Positions 1-9,351 of a DNA stretch of 64,000 bases are shown here, one piece after another. This stretch comes from Alphaproteobacteria bacterium (GTDB lineage Bacteria > Pseudomonadota > Alphaproteobacteria > UBA8366): assembly GCA_009377445.1 (NCBI GenBank), contig WHUA01000004.1, positions 215,630 to 279,629 of the forward strand, written 5' to 3'. The translations under genes were made by a program, and so were the position numbers. How positions within the stretch are numbered: the first letter of the stretch is position 1; the number at the start of each line of letters is the position of its first letter. The notes under the pieces are model-generated. The model did no database searches and was not told the DNA's origin. It saw only the letters and a program-made list of their open reading frames with translations.

Positions 1-315
1 CCGGCCCTCGGCGAGCGCGGCCCGGACCGGCGCGGCGGGCGTTCCGTAGTAATTGTCGAACACCTTGGCGTATTCGAGGAACTCCTGGCGGTTGACCATC
101 AGGTTGAATTCGGATTTGTCGACGAAATGATAGTCGCGGCCGGCCACCTCGCCCGGACGCTTCGGACGCGTCGTCGCGGACACCGACATGGCGATGTTGC
201 CGTCGCGGGCGAGGATCTCGCGCGAGATGGTCGATTTCCCGGCGCCCGACGGCGACGACAGCACGAACATCAGGCCGCGGCGGCGAATCGAGGGAACGGT
301 CGACGGCTGCGTCAT
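1..315 (-). CDS. gmk: guanylate kinase, N-terminal ~105 codons (gene continues beyond left window edge)
   Basis: Own minus-strand translation from ATG at 315-313: MTQPSTVPSIRRRGLMFVLSSPSGAGKSTISREILARD...SATTRPKRPGEVAGRDYHFV (P-loop plus GMP-binding motifs). ATGA overlap with yicC stop. Confidence 0.85.
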   Translation of the reverse strand, partial: MTQPSTVPSIRRRGLMFVLSSPSGAGKSTISREILARDGNIAMSVSATTRPKRPGEVAGRDYHFVDKSEFNLMVNRQEFLEYAKVFDNYYGTPAAPVRAALAEGR

Positions 316-1193
316 TCCACGTTCTGCACCTGTTCGCGAAACTGCTCGATCTTGGCCTTCATGGCGAGGCCGACCCGCGTCAGTTCGATGTCGCCGGACT
401 TCGAACACAACGTATTCGCCTCGCGCGTCATCTCCTGGCACAGAAAGTCGAGACGCCGGCCGACCGCGTCGCCGGCATCCAGCAGCTCCCGCGCGGAGGC
501 GATATGCGCGTCGAGCCGGTCCAGCTCCTCGCGGATGTCGCCCTTGGCGATCATCAGGGCGACTTCCTGGTGCATTCGATCCTCGGTGAGGCCCTTCGTG
601 TCGGCCAGCAGCTCCGCGATCTGCGTCCGCAGCCGCTCGACGATCTTCTGCGGCCGGGTGGCGTCCGCCGAGGCCGCGTCCATGCGAAACTTCGCCAGCT
701 CGTCGAGCTGGCCGTGCAGCACCGCCTTGAGCCGGCCCCCTTCCTCGCGCCGGGCGGCGTTGAGCGCGGTCAGCGCCTGCACCAGCGACTGCAGCATCAG
801 GCTCATGCGTTCGCCCACGACGGCTTCGTCCTCGGGCGCTTCGATCGGCTCGACGACGCCGCGGACGGTCATCAGGGTCTCGATCCGCGGCGGCTCGTCC
901 GCGACCTTGCCGCCGTACCGGCTGGCTTCCGCGACGAGCTGGTCGAGCAGCGGCTTGTTGATGCGCATCGGCCGGTCGCCCTCACCGGCATCGCCGCGCT
1001 GTACCGAGAGGCTGAGGTTGAATGAGCCGCGCTTGAAGATCTTGGACACCGCCTCGCGGCCCGCCATCTCGAGCCGGTCGTGGCCCTGCGGCGTGCGGAA
1101 CCGGATGTCGAGCGCGCGCGCGTTGACGCTCTTCACTTCCCACGCCCATTGCCAGGGCCCCTGCTCTCCCGCCGCGCGGGCGAATCCGGTCAT
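312..1193 (-). CDS. yicC: YicC/YloC family stress-induced protein
   Basis: ORF 312..1313(-). Conserved start MTGFARA at internal Met41 (1193). C-terminal DFLCQEMTREANTLCSKS signature typical of YicC (DUF1732). Confidence 0.85.
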   Translation of the reverse strand: MTGFARAAGEQGPWQWAWEVKSVNARALDIRFRTPQGHDRLEMAGREAVSKIFKRGSFNLSLSVQRGDAGEGDRPMRINKPLLDQLVAEASRYGGKVADEPPRIETLMTVRGVVEPIEAPEDEAVVGERMSLMLQSLVQALTALNAARREEGGRLKAVLHGQLDELAKFRMDAASADATRPQKIVERLRTQIAELLADTKGLTEDRMHQEVALMIAKGDIREELDRLDAHIASARELLDAGDAVGRRLDFLCQEMTREANTLCSKSGDIELTRVGLAMKAKIEQFREQVQNVE

Positions 1194-1311
1194 GCTGGTG
1201 ACGGTCAACGACGACTCCTGGCCGATAATGGGCGGTGGCCGTAAGATCGGCCGCGCGGCACTATATCCTTCCCGGCGGCGGGCAACAACAAACAGGGGCG
1301 GTTCGGCGCGC

Positions 1312-1968
1312 ATGACTTCGGATCATCGAGGACCGCCGCGATCGATCCTGATCACCGGCGCGTCCAGCGGCATCGGCGAGGCGCTCGCCCTGGCCTACGC
1401 CGCGCCGGGCATCAGCCTGTTCCTTTCGGGGCGCGACGAGCGGCGCCTTGCCGCCATCTCCGATGCCTGCCGTGCGCGCAGCGCCGCCGTCGAGGCGGCG
1501 GCGGTCGACGTCGCCAACCGTGCGGCGATGGCGACATGGATTGCGGGCGCCGACGCACAGCGCTCGCTCGACCTCGTCGTCGCCAACGCCGGCATCTCGG
1601 GCGGCAGCAGCGGCAAGGGCGAAGGCGAGCAGCAAACCCGGCGCATCTTCGAGATCAACGTCACGGGCACGCTCAACACCGTGCTGCCGGCGATCCCGCC
1701 GATGCAGCGGCGCGGCCAAGGCCAGATCGCGCTGATGAGCTCCGCCGCGTCGTTCCGCGGCATGCCGGGCGCGCCCGCCTACAGCGCCAGCAAGGCCGCG
1801 GTCCGCGCCTATGGGGAGGCGTTGCGCGGCGCGCTGGCGCCGTCGGGCATCCGGGTTTCCGTCATCTGCCCCGGCTTCGTGCGAAGCCGCATAACGGAAG
1901 CCAACCCCTTCCCCATGCCGCTGCTGATGGACGCCGACCGGGCCGCCCGCATCATCTGCCGCGGAAGT
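1312..1968 (+). pseudogene. SDR family oxidoreductase, 3' end replaced by TA cassette (frame runs on without stop to 2553)
   Basis: In-frame part of ORF 127..2553: MTSDHRGPPRSILITGASSGIGEALA...YSASKAAV...ICPGFVRS. SDR similarity ends near ARIICRG (~1965). After that the frame reads antisense through parE/parD. Confidence 0.7.
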
Positions 1969-1986
1969 AGGTCAGGGTCCAACGTC

Positions 1987-2316
1987 CTATTCCAGCCGCC
2001 GACTAAGCACTGTCTCGTAGTCCTGACCGCCGTAGAACACACGCAAAACCGTCACGACTCCAGATTGATCGTTCACTACGATGGCGATGGCAGTGCGCCT
2101 CTTGAAAGGAACGATTCGCAATCCCGGCCGCAAGTCGTCTCGCTTCGTGCCGCGATGCGGAAGCGTGCTCAAGCTCTTAATGAAATCGCGGATCGCGTCA
2201 ACGGTGCGATCTGCCAATGCGCGGTCGCCCGTCCATCGTTCGACATGCTCTGCAATCGCCTGATAATCGAAGAAGGCGTCTGGTTTTTCCTCGACCCGAT
2301 ACCGCTTATCCGTCAC
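1987..2316 (-). CDS. parE: type II toxin, ParE/RelE family
   Basis: 109 aa. Has ...LPHRGTKRDDLRPGLRIVPFKRRTAIAIVVNDQSGVVTVLRVFYGGQDYE, typical of the ParE core. GTG start with a 4-nt (GTGA) overlap on the parD stop. Visibly lower GC than flanks. Confidence 0.85.
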   Translation of the reverse strand: MTDKRYRVEEKPDAFFDYQAIAEHVERWTGDRALADRTVDAIRDFIKSLSTLPHRGTKRDDLRPGLRIVPFKRRTAIAIVVNDQSGVVTVLRVFYGGQDYETVLSRRLE

Positions 2317-2591
2317 GCGAGATCGGCAGGGCTAATCCTATCGCGCTCGGCGCGCCAAGCGGCAATCCGATCATCCATCTCTTCGGTCGAGATTGACGGC
2401 AGTGCTGCGCGCCGGGTGAGGTCGGCCCTGATGGCGTCGAGCCGGGCACGATGCTCTGCTTCCTCACGCTCCACAAGTCCAAGTCCATATTGGACAACCG
2501 CGCTCAGCGAGGCGAATTTGCCCCGGACGACGAGCGACTTGGCAAATTCATAGGTTTGATCGGTCAGCGAAACAGTCGGCTTTGCCGTCAT
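2313..2591 (-). CDS. parD: type II antitoxin, ParD family (RHH-type)
   Basis: 92 aa. MTAKPTVSLTDQTYEFAKSLVVRGKFASLSAVVQYGLGLVEREE... resembles ParD4-type antitoxins. Lies directly upstream of and overlapping parE. Confidence 0.8.
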   Translation of the reverse strand: MTAKPTVSLTDQTYEFAKSLVVRGKFASLSAVVQYGLGLVEREEAEHRARLDAIRADLTRRAALPSISTEEMDDRIAAWRAERDRISPADLA

Positions 2592-2660
2592 AACTTTAGT
2601 CTCCTCGGCAGGGGTAAGACTTAGTCATACTGCCCATCGTTGTCAATACTTAACGCATAC

Positions 2661-3113
2661 TCACCCCGGCGCCATACCCTTGTCCGCCAGCTCCCGGATC
2701 GCCTCCTCGGTCTTGGACAAATGCGCCAGCCCCATGCCGCGCAGCACGTGCGGCGCCTTGGTGAACTGGATGTTGTCGTAGCCGACGATCTCGATGCGAT
2801 TGCCCCACGGGTCCATGAAGTCGAGGAACCTGCCGGGCAGCGGCTCGACGCCTGCCGCCGCCAGCGCCTTGCGGACGGCCTCCTTGTCGTCGACGACGAG
2901 GCCGAAATGGCGGCCGTCGTCGGCGGGCTGGGTGCGGCCCTTCTGGAGCGCCAGGAACTGGTCGCCGAGGTCGATGAAGGCCATATCCTTGCTCCGGCCG
3001 CGCAGCTCGAAGGCGAACAGGCGGCCGTAGAAGGCCAAGGCCTCGTCGATGTCGCCGACCTCGAGCGCGACATGATTGAACCCGACCGCGCGGGCTTTCC
3101 TTGCTTCAGGCAT
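2661..3113 (-). CDS. VOC (glyoxalase/bleomycin-resistance/dioxygenase) family protein
   Basis: ORF 2661..3329(-). Likely start at MPEARKARAVGFNHVALEVGDIDEALAFY (ATG at 3113). Paired beta-alpha-beta-beta-beta VOC pattern. Confidence 0.85.
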   Translation of the reverse strand: MPEARKARAVGFNHVALEVGDIDEALAFYGRLFAFELRGRSKDMAFIDLGDQFLALQKGRTQPADDGRHFGLVVDDKEAVRKALAAAGVEPLPGRFLDFMDPWGNRIEIVGYDNIQFTKAPHVLRGMGLAHLSKTEEAIRELADKGMAPG

Positions 3114-3249
3114 TGGACCCTCCGTTTCGTCAATTTCTCCTGAAGAAGCTAATCCTGCTCGCCGGCGTTTCACCCCGCCCCCCGCTTCGTGATAAATTCG
3201 CCGGGCCGTATATTGTACCGTCAGACAGCAGCACCAGGAGAAACGCCCG

Positions 3250-4629
3250 ATGGAACGCGCGCTCAAGCCGACCAGCAGGACACCCAGCGAGATCACCCGG
3301 CCGCTCGCGGAATTCGCCAGCACTCTCACCCTCGACCGGGTTCCGGACGACGTCGCCTACATCGCCAAGCAATGCATCCTGGACTGGCTCGGCGTCACGC
3401 TCGCCGGCGCCAAGGAGCCATTGACGGAGATGCTGCTCGATTATGTGCAGGCGGAAGGCGCCGGCGACCAGGCGACGCTGTTCGGCCTGAACGCGCGGGG
3501 ATCGGTGAGCCAGGCGGCGCTGGTCAACGGCGCGGCCGGCCATGCGCTGGACTACGACGACGTGCTCCGCATCATGCGCGGCCATCCCACCGCCCCCGTC
3601 GCCCCATCGGTGCTGGCGCTCGGCGAGCGCGACAGGAAGAGCGGCGCGGACGCGCTGACAGCCTTCATCGCGGGGATCGAGACCCAGGCCCGGGTCGGCG
3701 CCTATATGGGCGAGAGCCACTACATGACCGGCTGGCACCAGACGGCGACGGTCGGCAGCTTCGGCGCGGCGGCCGCGAGCGCGCGCCTGCTCGGCCTCGA
3801 TACCGACACGACCGCGACCGCGCTCGGCATCGCCGGAACCCAGGCGGCCGGGCTCAAGGCGATGTTCGGCACCATGTGCAAGCCGCTGCACGCGGGCAAG
3901 GCCGCGGCCAACGGCGTCATGGCGGCCGAGCTCGCCAAGCGCGGCTTCACAAGCCGGATGGACGTGCTGGAATGCGCCCAGGGCTTCGGCGCGACGCAGT
4001 CGAGCACGATCGCGCCGGAAGCCGCGCTGGAAGACCTCGGCAGCCTGTTCTGGATGCCGAACCTGCTGTTCAAGTACCACGCCGCCTGCTACGGCACCCA
4101 TGCAGGCATCGAATGCGCCCGCGCCATCCGCAAGCACCCCGCCTTCGACGCCGCGAAGATCGAGAAGGTCGACATCAACACGGCCGAGCGGACCATGGGC
4201 ATGTGCAACATCCTCAATCCGCAGACCGGGCTCGAGGTGAAGTTCAGCCACCGCTTCACCGCCGCCCTGGCGCTGGCCGGCGAGGAGACGGGCAGCCTCC
4301 ATGTCTATAGCGAGGACATGGCTTCGCGCCCCGACCTGGTCGATCTGCGCGACAAAATCTCGGTCCAGGGCCACGTCAACTACGGCCCCAACATCACGGA
4401 CATCACCGTTCACCAGTCGGACGGCGCGGTGATCCGGGAAAGCCGCGACATGGCGATCCCGAACAAGGATGTCGACGTGCAGTGGGACAAGCTCGAAACC
4501 AAGTTCAGGGCTCTCGCCAACCCACTGATCGGCAAGGAAAAGACCGACAAGGTCGTCGCCATCGTCCGCGACCTCGAGAAGCAGAAGGACCTCGCCCCGC
4601 TGGCCGCGGCCTGCGCAAAGAGCGGTTGA
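3250..4629 (+). CDS. MmgE/PrpD family protein (2-methylcitrate dehydratase-like)
   Basis: 459 aa. N-terminus ...RPLAEFASTLTLDRVPDDVAYIAKQCILDWLGVTLAG plus overall length and pattern typical of MmgE/PrpD. Confidence 0.9.
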   Translation: MERALKPTSRTPSEITRPLAEFASTLTLDRVPDDVAYIAKQCILDWLGVTLAGAKEPLTEMLLDYVQAEGAGDQATLFGLNARGSVSQAALVNGAAGHALDYDDVLRIMRGHPTAPVAPSVLALGERDRKSGADALTAFIAGIETQARVGAYMGESHYMTGWHQTATVGSFGAAAASARLLGLDTDTTATALGIAGTQAAGLKAMFGTMCKPLHAGKAAANGVMAAELAKRGFTSRMDVLECAQGFGATQSSTIAPEAALEDLGSLFWMPNLLFKYHAACYGTHAGIECARAIRKHPAFDAAKIEKVDINTAERTMGMCNILNPQTGLEVKFSHRFTAALALAGEETGSLHVYSEDMASRPDLVDLRDKISVQGHVNYGPNITDITVHQSDGAVIRESRDMAIPNKDVDVQWDKLETKFRALANPLIGKEKTDKVVAIVRDLEKQKDLAPLAAACAKSG

Positions 4630-4655
4630 ACGGGAACGCCCGGCTCCAAACGAAG

Positions 4656-4683
4656 AGCCCCGCCGGATATATCCGGCGGGGCT
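4656..4683. terminator. perfect 28-nt palindrome between convergent genes (bidirectional terminator candidate)
   Basis: agccccgccggata/tatccggcggggct, a 14-bp perfect stem, 27 nt after the PrpD-family stop and 38 nt before the stop of the minus-strand gene at 4721. Confidence 0.6.
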
Positions 4684-4720
4684 GCTCCCTGTCCCATCCG
4701 CGTGCCACACTGCGGCGGGT

Positions 4721-5200
4721 TCAGTGCCTGCCGAGACTCTCCATTCTCAAATATTTGACGACGACGCCGTAGGGCTGCAGCACCGCGACCGACCGGTCCA
4801 ATATCAGCTTGTTGACGTCTTCCGGCTTCGATTCGGCATCGAAATGATGGCCCTGCACGCCGGTGATCACGCTGTCCATGATCTTCGGCAACAGCGTCTT
4901 CGCCATGCGCATGCTGTCGTTTATGCGTTCCCTGTCGGTCTCGTCGAACACCAGCGCGGCTTTGAAGACCATCGTCTTCTGATGCGCGCGGCCGTTTTGC
5001 GAAACCTGGACGATGATCGGCGGCAGGTCGAACGACGGCTCCACTTCCGCGTCGCTCGCCGCCTTCGCCGGCTCGCCCGCCGATGCCCGATGATGGCAAG
5101 GCATCGCGAATGCAATGCCGGCGGCGATCAGCAGTATCTGGAGTAACGCCCTGCCGCCCCGCGAAACGGCAGCGCCAGTCGGCAATTCGAACGACATCAT
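4721..5200 (-). CDS. exported hypothetical protein, FliL-like layout
   Basis: 159 aa. N-terminal hydrophobic segment LLQILLIAAGIAFA, then LPPIIVQVSQNGRAHQKTMVFKAALVFDE...LLPKIMDSVITGV, which resembles the FliL core. Function uncertain. Confidence 0.45.
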   Translation of the reverse strand: MMSFELPTGAAVSRGGRALLQILLIAAGIAFAMPCHHRASAGEPAKAASDAEVEPSFDLPPIIVQVSQNGRAHQKTMVFKAALVFDETDRERINDSMRMAKTLLPKIMDSVITGVQGHHFDAESKPEDVNKLILDRSVAVLQPYGVVVKYLRMESLGRH

Positions 5201-5397
5201 TGCGGCAGGCCTCCATTCTTATTCCGGCGGCTGCCGGCTTTGATGCGGGGTGATAGATACCGAAAGGACCTGCCGGCTGCTATGATGGCCGTCACCTGGA
5301 TATCCTGATCTAAATCTCTGCGATAACTATTTACTTTTACTTAAGTTTTATGGCCCGGCGACGAACCCGTCTACGGATGAAGTAGCGAGAGGACCGG

Positions 5398-6249
5398 ATG
5401 ACTGCACCCGTAGCGATCGGTGTTGCCGCCTGCGCCGGACGGACGGGCCGGAGCATCGTGGCGGCCGTCGTGGGGACGCCGGGCTGCCGGCTCGCCGGCG
5501 GCAGCCAGTATGACGGCCATCCCGCGGTCGGCCAGGATGCGGCTTCCCTTGCCGGGGAAGCGCCGGTCGGCGCCGTCGTCACCGGCGACCCGGCTGCGAT
5601 GATGGCGAACGCCGACGTGGTCATCGATTTTTCGACGCCGGCAGGGACGGCCGCGCATCTGCGCGCGGCCCTGGCCACCGACACGCCCCTGGTGGTGGGC
5701 ACCACGGGACTCGACGCGGCGGCGCGGCGCGCCCTCGTGGAGGCCAGCCGCGCGTTGCCGATCCTCGTCGCGCCCAATATGAGCACCGGCGCCACGCTGC
5801 TGACCGAGCTCACGCGCCGCCTCGCGGGCATTCTGGGCGACGACTACGATATCGAAGTGCTGGGACTGCAGCACCGCCACAAGGTCGATGCCCCCTCGGG
5901 AACAGCGCTCGGGCTGGCGCGGGCCGCGGCGGCGGGACGCGGTCTCGACCCGGAGACGATCGGGGCGACGCCGCGGGACGGCCACATCGGGGCGCGCCCG
6001 GCGGGCATGATCGGCCTCGCCACCGTCCATGGCGGCGACGTGCCGGGCGAGCATACGGTGATCTTCGCCGGTCCCGGCGAGCGGCTGGAGCTTGCGCACC
6101 GCCCTTCCAGCCTCGGCGTCTACGCCCGCGGCGCGGTCCGCGCCGCGCTATGGCTCGCCGCGCAGAAGCCCGGTTATTACGGGATGAGCGACGTTCTGGG
6201 ACTCACGCAGGTATCGGCGCGCACTCATCCTTCGACAGGCTCAGGATGA
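5398..6249 (+). CDS. dapB: 4-hydroxy-tetrahydrodipicolinate reductase
   Basis: 283 aa. Has DFSTPAG and EVLGLQHRHKVDAPSGTA (E-x-H-H-x2-K-x-D-A-P-S-G-T-A motif). GAGAGGA SD before the ATG. The last ~9 codons and the stop lie inside the hairpin repeat. Confidence 0.95.
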   Translation: MTAPVAIGVAACAGRTGRSIVAAVVGTPGCRLAGGSQYDGHPAVGQDAASLAGEAPVGAVVTGDPAAMMANADVVIDFSTPAGTAAHLRAALATDTPLVVGTTGLDAAARRALVEASRALPILVAPNMSTGATLLTELTRRLAGILGDDYDIEVLGLQHRHKVDAPSGTALGLARAAAAGRGLDPETIGATPRDGHIGARPAGMIGLATVHGGDVPGEHTVIFAGPGERLELAHRPSSLGVYARGAVRAALWLAAQKPGYYGMSDVLGLTQVSARTHPSTGSG

Positions 6250-6329
6250 GGGAAATATTTTAGCTAAATCAATAATATAGACCTCATGCTGAGCCTCCTC
6301 ATCCCGAGCTTGTCGAGGGACGAAGCATG
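6224..6329. repeat. hairpin (MITE/REP-like) repeat, copy 1
   Basis: Left arm ctcatccttcgacaggctcaggatgagg. AT-rich loop gaaatattttagctaaatcaataatatag. Right arm acctcatgctgagcct + cctcatcccgagcttgtcgagggacgaagcatgag (partly duplicated). Homologous to 23143-23225. Confidence 0.8.
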
Positions 6330-6343
6330 AGCCGGCACGGCCC

Positions 6344-7111
6344 TTACAAATTCAAATACGCGCCGCCGTTGCTGTGGATGGTCTGGCCGGTGATGTACGC
6401 CGCGCCCGGCCCCACGACGAAGCGGATCAGGTTGGCCATGTCCTGCGGCTTGCCGAGGCGGCCCAGGGGAATGCCCTCCACCTTCTTGACGTTGTCCTTG
6501 GCGGAGGAGGGATTGTTCTCGAGGTTGGTATCGAAGGTGCCGACGACGACCTGGTTCGCCCGGATATCGTACTTCGCGAGATCGATGGCGAGCCCGCGGA
6601 TGAAAGCGTTGAGCCCCATCTTGCCCGCCATGACGTGGGACCGGCCCGGCGAGCCGCGCAGCGACGACATGCCGCCGACGCCGATGATGCAGCCGCCGCC
6701 GCGCGCCTTCATCGCCGGGACGACCGCCTTGGCGAGATGGAAGGCGCCGTGGATCGAGATGTCGATCGTCCGCTTCCAGGTCTCCCAGGTCAGGCTCTCG
6801 AAGGGGGTGTTGCTGCGGTTTGCGGCGTTGGCGACCAGAATGTCGATGCCGCCGAACTCCCGGATCGCGGCCTCCGCCATGGCGCGGACGGCGTCCGGGT
6901 CGGTGACGTCCGCCATCACCGGGATCGCCTTCCCCCCGGCGGCGCGGATGCCCTCGGCAACCTCCTCGCAGAGATCCTTGGCCTGAACCGCGTTGACGAC
7001 GACCGCGGCGCCGGCGCGCGCCAGCTCTTCCGCCGTCGCGCGGCCGATGTTGCGCGCGCTGCCCGTCACGATGGCGACCTTGCCCGCGAGCTCGTTCACC
7101 TGATCCACCAT
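6344..7111 (-). CDS. SDR family oxidoreductase
   Basis: ORF 6344..7234(-). Probable start MVDQVNELAGKVAIVTGSARNIGRA (ATG 7111; alternative ATG at 7123). Rossmann TGxxxxxG motif and SDR length. Confidence 0.85.
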   Translation of the reverse strand: MVDQVNELAGKVAIVTGSARNIGRATAEELARAGAAVVVNAVQAKDLCEEVAEGIRAAGGKAIPVMADVTDPDAVRAMAEAAIREFGGIDILVANAANRSNTPFESLTWETWKRTIDISIHGAFHLAKAVVPAMKARGGGCIIGVGGMSSLRGSPGRSHVMAGKMGLNAFIRGLAIDLAKYDIRANQVVVGTFDTNLENNPSSAKDNVKKVEGIPLGRLGKPQDMANLIRFVVGPGAAYITGQTIHSNGGAYLNL

Positions 7112-7285
7112 GAGTCCTCCCATTCGTTGCGATTGCCGACGGTGCGGGATAATGGCGCGTCCCCGCCGCAGGCGCCAGCCTGCATGGCCGTTTTGCCCCC
7201 GGCGGGCCGGCGCTATATCATTCAGCGGCGGCACGGACCTGCCGCAATTCCGTCATGCGAGTTCACCAGCCGGAGTAAGGAAACC

Positions 7286-8338
7286 ATGGGCAAGCGCGTC
7301 GCGGTCGTGGGCACGGGTGCAGTCGGCGGCTACACGGGGGGCCATCTGGCCCGCAACGGCATCGACGTCACCTTCATCGATCCCTGGCCGGATCATGTCG
7401 AGGCGATGCGCAGCAAGGGCTTGCGGCTGCGCGGCGTCACCCGGCAGGAAGCGTTCGACGTGCCCGTCAAGGCGATGCACGTGACCGAGGTGCAGAGCCT
7501 GGCGAAACAGCCGCCGATCGACATCGCCATCATCTCCACCAAGTCCTACGACACCGAATGGGCGGCGGCGATGATCAAGCAGTACCTGGCGCCCGAAGGC
7601 TTCGTCGTGTCGCTGCAGAACTGCATCAACGAGGAACGCATCGCCAAGGTCGTGGGCTGGGGCCGCACGGTCGGCTGCATCGCCAGCACGATTTCGGTCG
7701 AGCTGCAGGAGCCGGGCCTGATCCAGCGCGGCGTGCCGCTGCGCGGCGACAAATACACCGTCTTCCGCTGCGGCGAGCCGCACGGCGAGATCACCAAGCG
7801 GGTCGAAGAGCTGGTCGGGTGGCTGCGATACGCCGACAGCGCCAAGGCCACGAACAATCTGTGGGGCGAGCGCTGGTCGAAGCTGGTCATGAACGCCAGC
7901 CACAACGGCCTGTCCGCCTGCACCGGGTTGAGCGGCAACGAGATGGCGACCGACGACACGGCGCGCCGGCTCTCCATCCGGCTGGCCGCGGAGACGATCA
8001 AGGTCGGCAAGGCGCACGGCTTCAACCTGGAAAAGATCAAGGGCTTCGACGGCGACACCTGGATCAAGGCAGCCGAGGGCGACAAGGCCGCGCTGGGGCC
8101 GCTCGAGGCCTCGATCCTCGAATCCGTGAAGGAGCGCAAGGAAGGGCAGCGTCCTTCGATGGGCCAGGACATGGCGAAACGCAGGCGCACCGAGATCGAC
8201 TTCCTGAACGGCCTCGTCGTCGAAAAGGGCCGCGAGGCCGGCATCCCGACGCCGGCCAATCAGGGTATCGTCGAGGCGGTGAAGAAGGTGGAACGCGGCG
8301 AGGCCGCCCAGAGCCCGCGCAACATCGCCGGCATTTGA
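7286..8338 (+). CDS. ketopantoate (2-dehydropantoate) reductase family protein
   Basis: In frame within ORF 6374..8338. MGKRVAVVGTGAVGGYTGGHLARNG (NAD(P) fold) and ...SMGQDMAKRRRTEIDFLNG, typical of ApbA/PanE C-terminus. Confidence 0.85.
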   Translation: MGKRVAVVGTGAVGGYTGGHLARNGIDVTFIDPWPDHVEAMRSKGLRLRGVTRQEAFDVPVKAMHVTEVQSLAKQPPIDIAIISTKSYDTEWAAAMIKQYLAPEGFVVSLQNCINEERIAKVVGWGRTVGCIASTISVELQEPGLIQRGVPLRGDKYTVFRCGEPHGEITKRVEELVGWLRYADSAKATNNLWGERWSKLVMNASHNGLSACTGLSGNEMATDDTARRLSIRLAAETIKVGKAHGFNLEKIKGFDGDTWIKAAEGDKAALGPLEASILESVKERKEGQRPSMGQDMAKRRRTEIDFLNGLVVEKGREAGIPTPANQGIVEAVKKVERGEAAQSPRNIAGI

Positions 8339-8347
8339 AGCTGGCCG

Positions 8348-9343
8348 CTACTGCTTGTCCCCGTTGGCGCGCTTGAGCTTGCGCCAGCGGGCGACATTCT
8401 GGTTGTGCTCGTCCAGCGTGCGCGCGAATGCGTGCCCGCCGGTTCCGTCGGCGACGAAATAATACTCGTCTGTAGCGAGCGGGTTCATCACCGCCGCCAG
8501 CGAATCTCGGCCGGGATTGCAGATCGGCCCGGGCGGAAGGCCCGAGATGCGATACGTGTTGTAGGGATGATCTTGCTTGAGGTCGCTCCGCGTGAGGGCG
8601 CGCCCGAGCGGCCCGGCCCCTTCCGTCAGGCCGTAGACGACGGTCGGATCGGATTCGATCCGCATTCCTTTCTTGAGGCGGTTCACGAAAACGGCGGCGA
8701 TGCGCGCCCTCTCCGCCGGCAGCGCCGTCTCCTTCTCGACGATGGAGGCGAGGACCAGCGCCTGGGCCGGCGACGTCAGCGGCAGGCCGGCGGCGCGCTT
8801 GCCCCAAAGCTCGGCCAGCGCACCATCCATCGCCTTCGTCATGCGGCCGAGGATGTCGCCTCGCTTGTCGCCATAGGAGTAATGATAGGTATCCGGCAGC
8901 AGGCTGCCGTCCGGCGGCGGCGACGCGATGGTCCCTTCCAGCCCTTCCGCCTGGGCGAGCGCCGCCACCATCTCCTTCGAGGTCAGCCCCTCGGCCAGCG
9001 TGACGCGGCGGACGACGGTGCGGCCTTCGCGCAGGATGTCGAGCGCGTCGCGCATGCTCGTGCCTGGGGCGAAGGCATATTCGCCTGCGCGCAGCTCATG
9101 CTGCTCGCCCCGCAGCAACACCGACAGCTCGAAAATCCGTGGATGCTCGATGATCGACTCCCGGGCAAGCTGGTATGCGATGTCCCGGATGCCGCTGCCG
9201 CGCGCAATGAGGATCGTCCGGACTTCCTGCAGCGGTCCGGGCGCGATCGTCGTCCTGTAGCCCCAGACCGCGAAGCCGCCCGCGAGCAGACAGGCGGCGA
9301 TCAGAGGGTATGCCACGGGCCTGATGAGGCGGCTTTTCGTCAT
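8348..9343 (-). CDS. mltG: endolytic murein transglycosylase MltG (YceG-like)
   Basis: In frame within ORF 8348..10012(-). Start MTKSRLIRPVAYPLIAACLLAGG (TM anchor). Has ASIVEKE, DPTVVYG and YNTYRISGLPPGPICNPG motifs. Confidence 0.9.
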   Translation of the reverse strand: MTKSRLIRPVAYPLIAACLLAGGFAVWGYRTTIAPGPLQEVRTILIARGSGIRDIAYQLARESIIEHPRIFELSVLLRGEQHELRAGEYAFAPGTSMRDALDILREGRTVVRRVTLAEGLTSKEMVAALAQAEGLEGTIASPPPDGSLLPDTYHYSYGDKRGDILGRMTKAMDGALAELWGKRAAGLPLTSPAQALVLASIVEKETALPAERARIAAVFVNRLKKGMRIESDPTVVYGLTEGAGPLGRALTRSDLKQDHPYNTYRISGLPPGPICNPGRDSLAAVMNPLATDEYYFVADGTGGHAFARTLDEHNQNVARWRKLKRANGDKQ

Positions 9344-9351
9344 GCGCAGGA

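Noticed and set aside
127-2553. 808-aa plus-strand ORF, the longest in this region
   Set aside because: It is a chimera. The first ~395 codons are antisense to gmk/yicC, which have clear homology on the minus strand. The middle is the real SDR (from ATG 1312). The last ~195 codons are antisense to parE/parD. Long stop-free antisense frames are expected in such GC-rich DNA.
3130-4710. 526-aa minus-strand ORF opposite the MmgE/PrpD gene
   Set aside because: Low-complexity R/G/A/D-rich translation with no recognisable motifs, whereas the plus-strand frame has clear MmgE/PrpD similarity. GC-driven antisense ORF.
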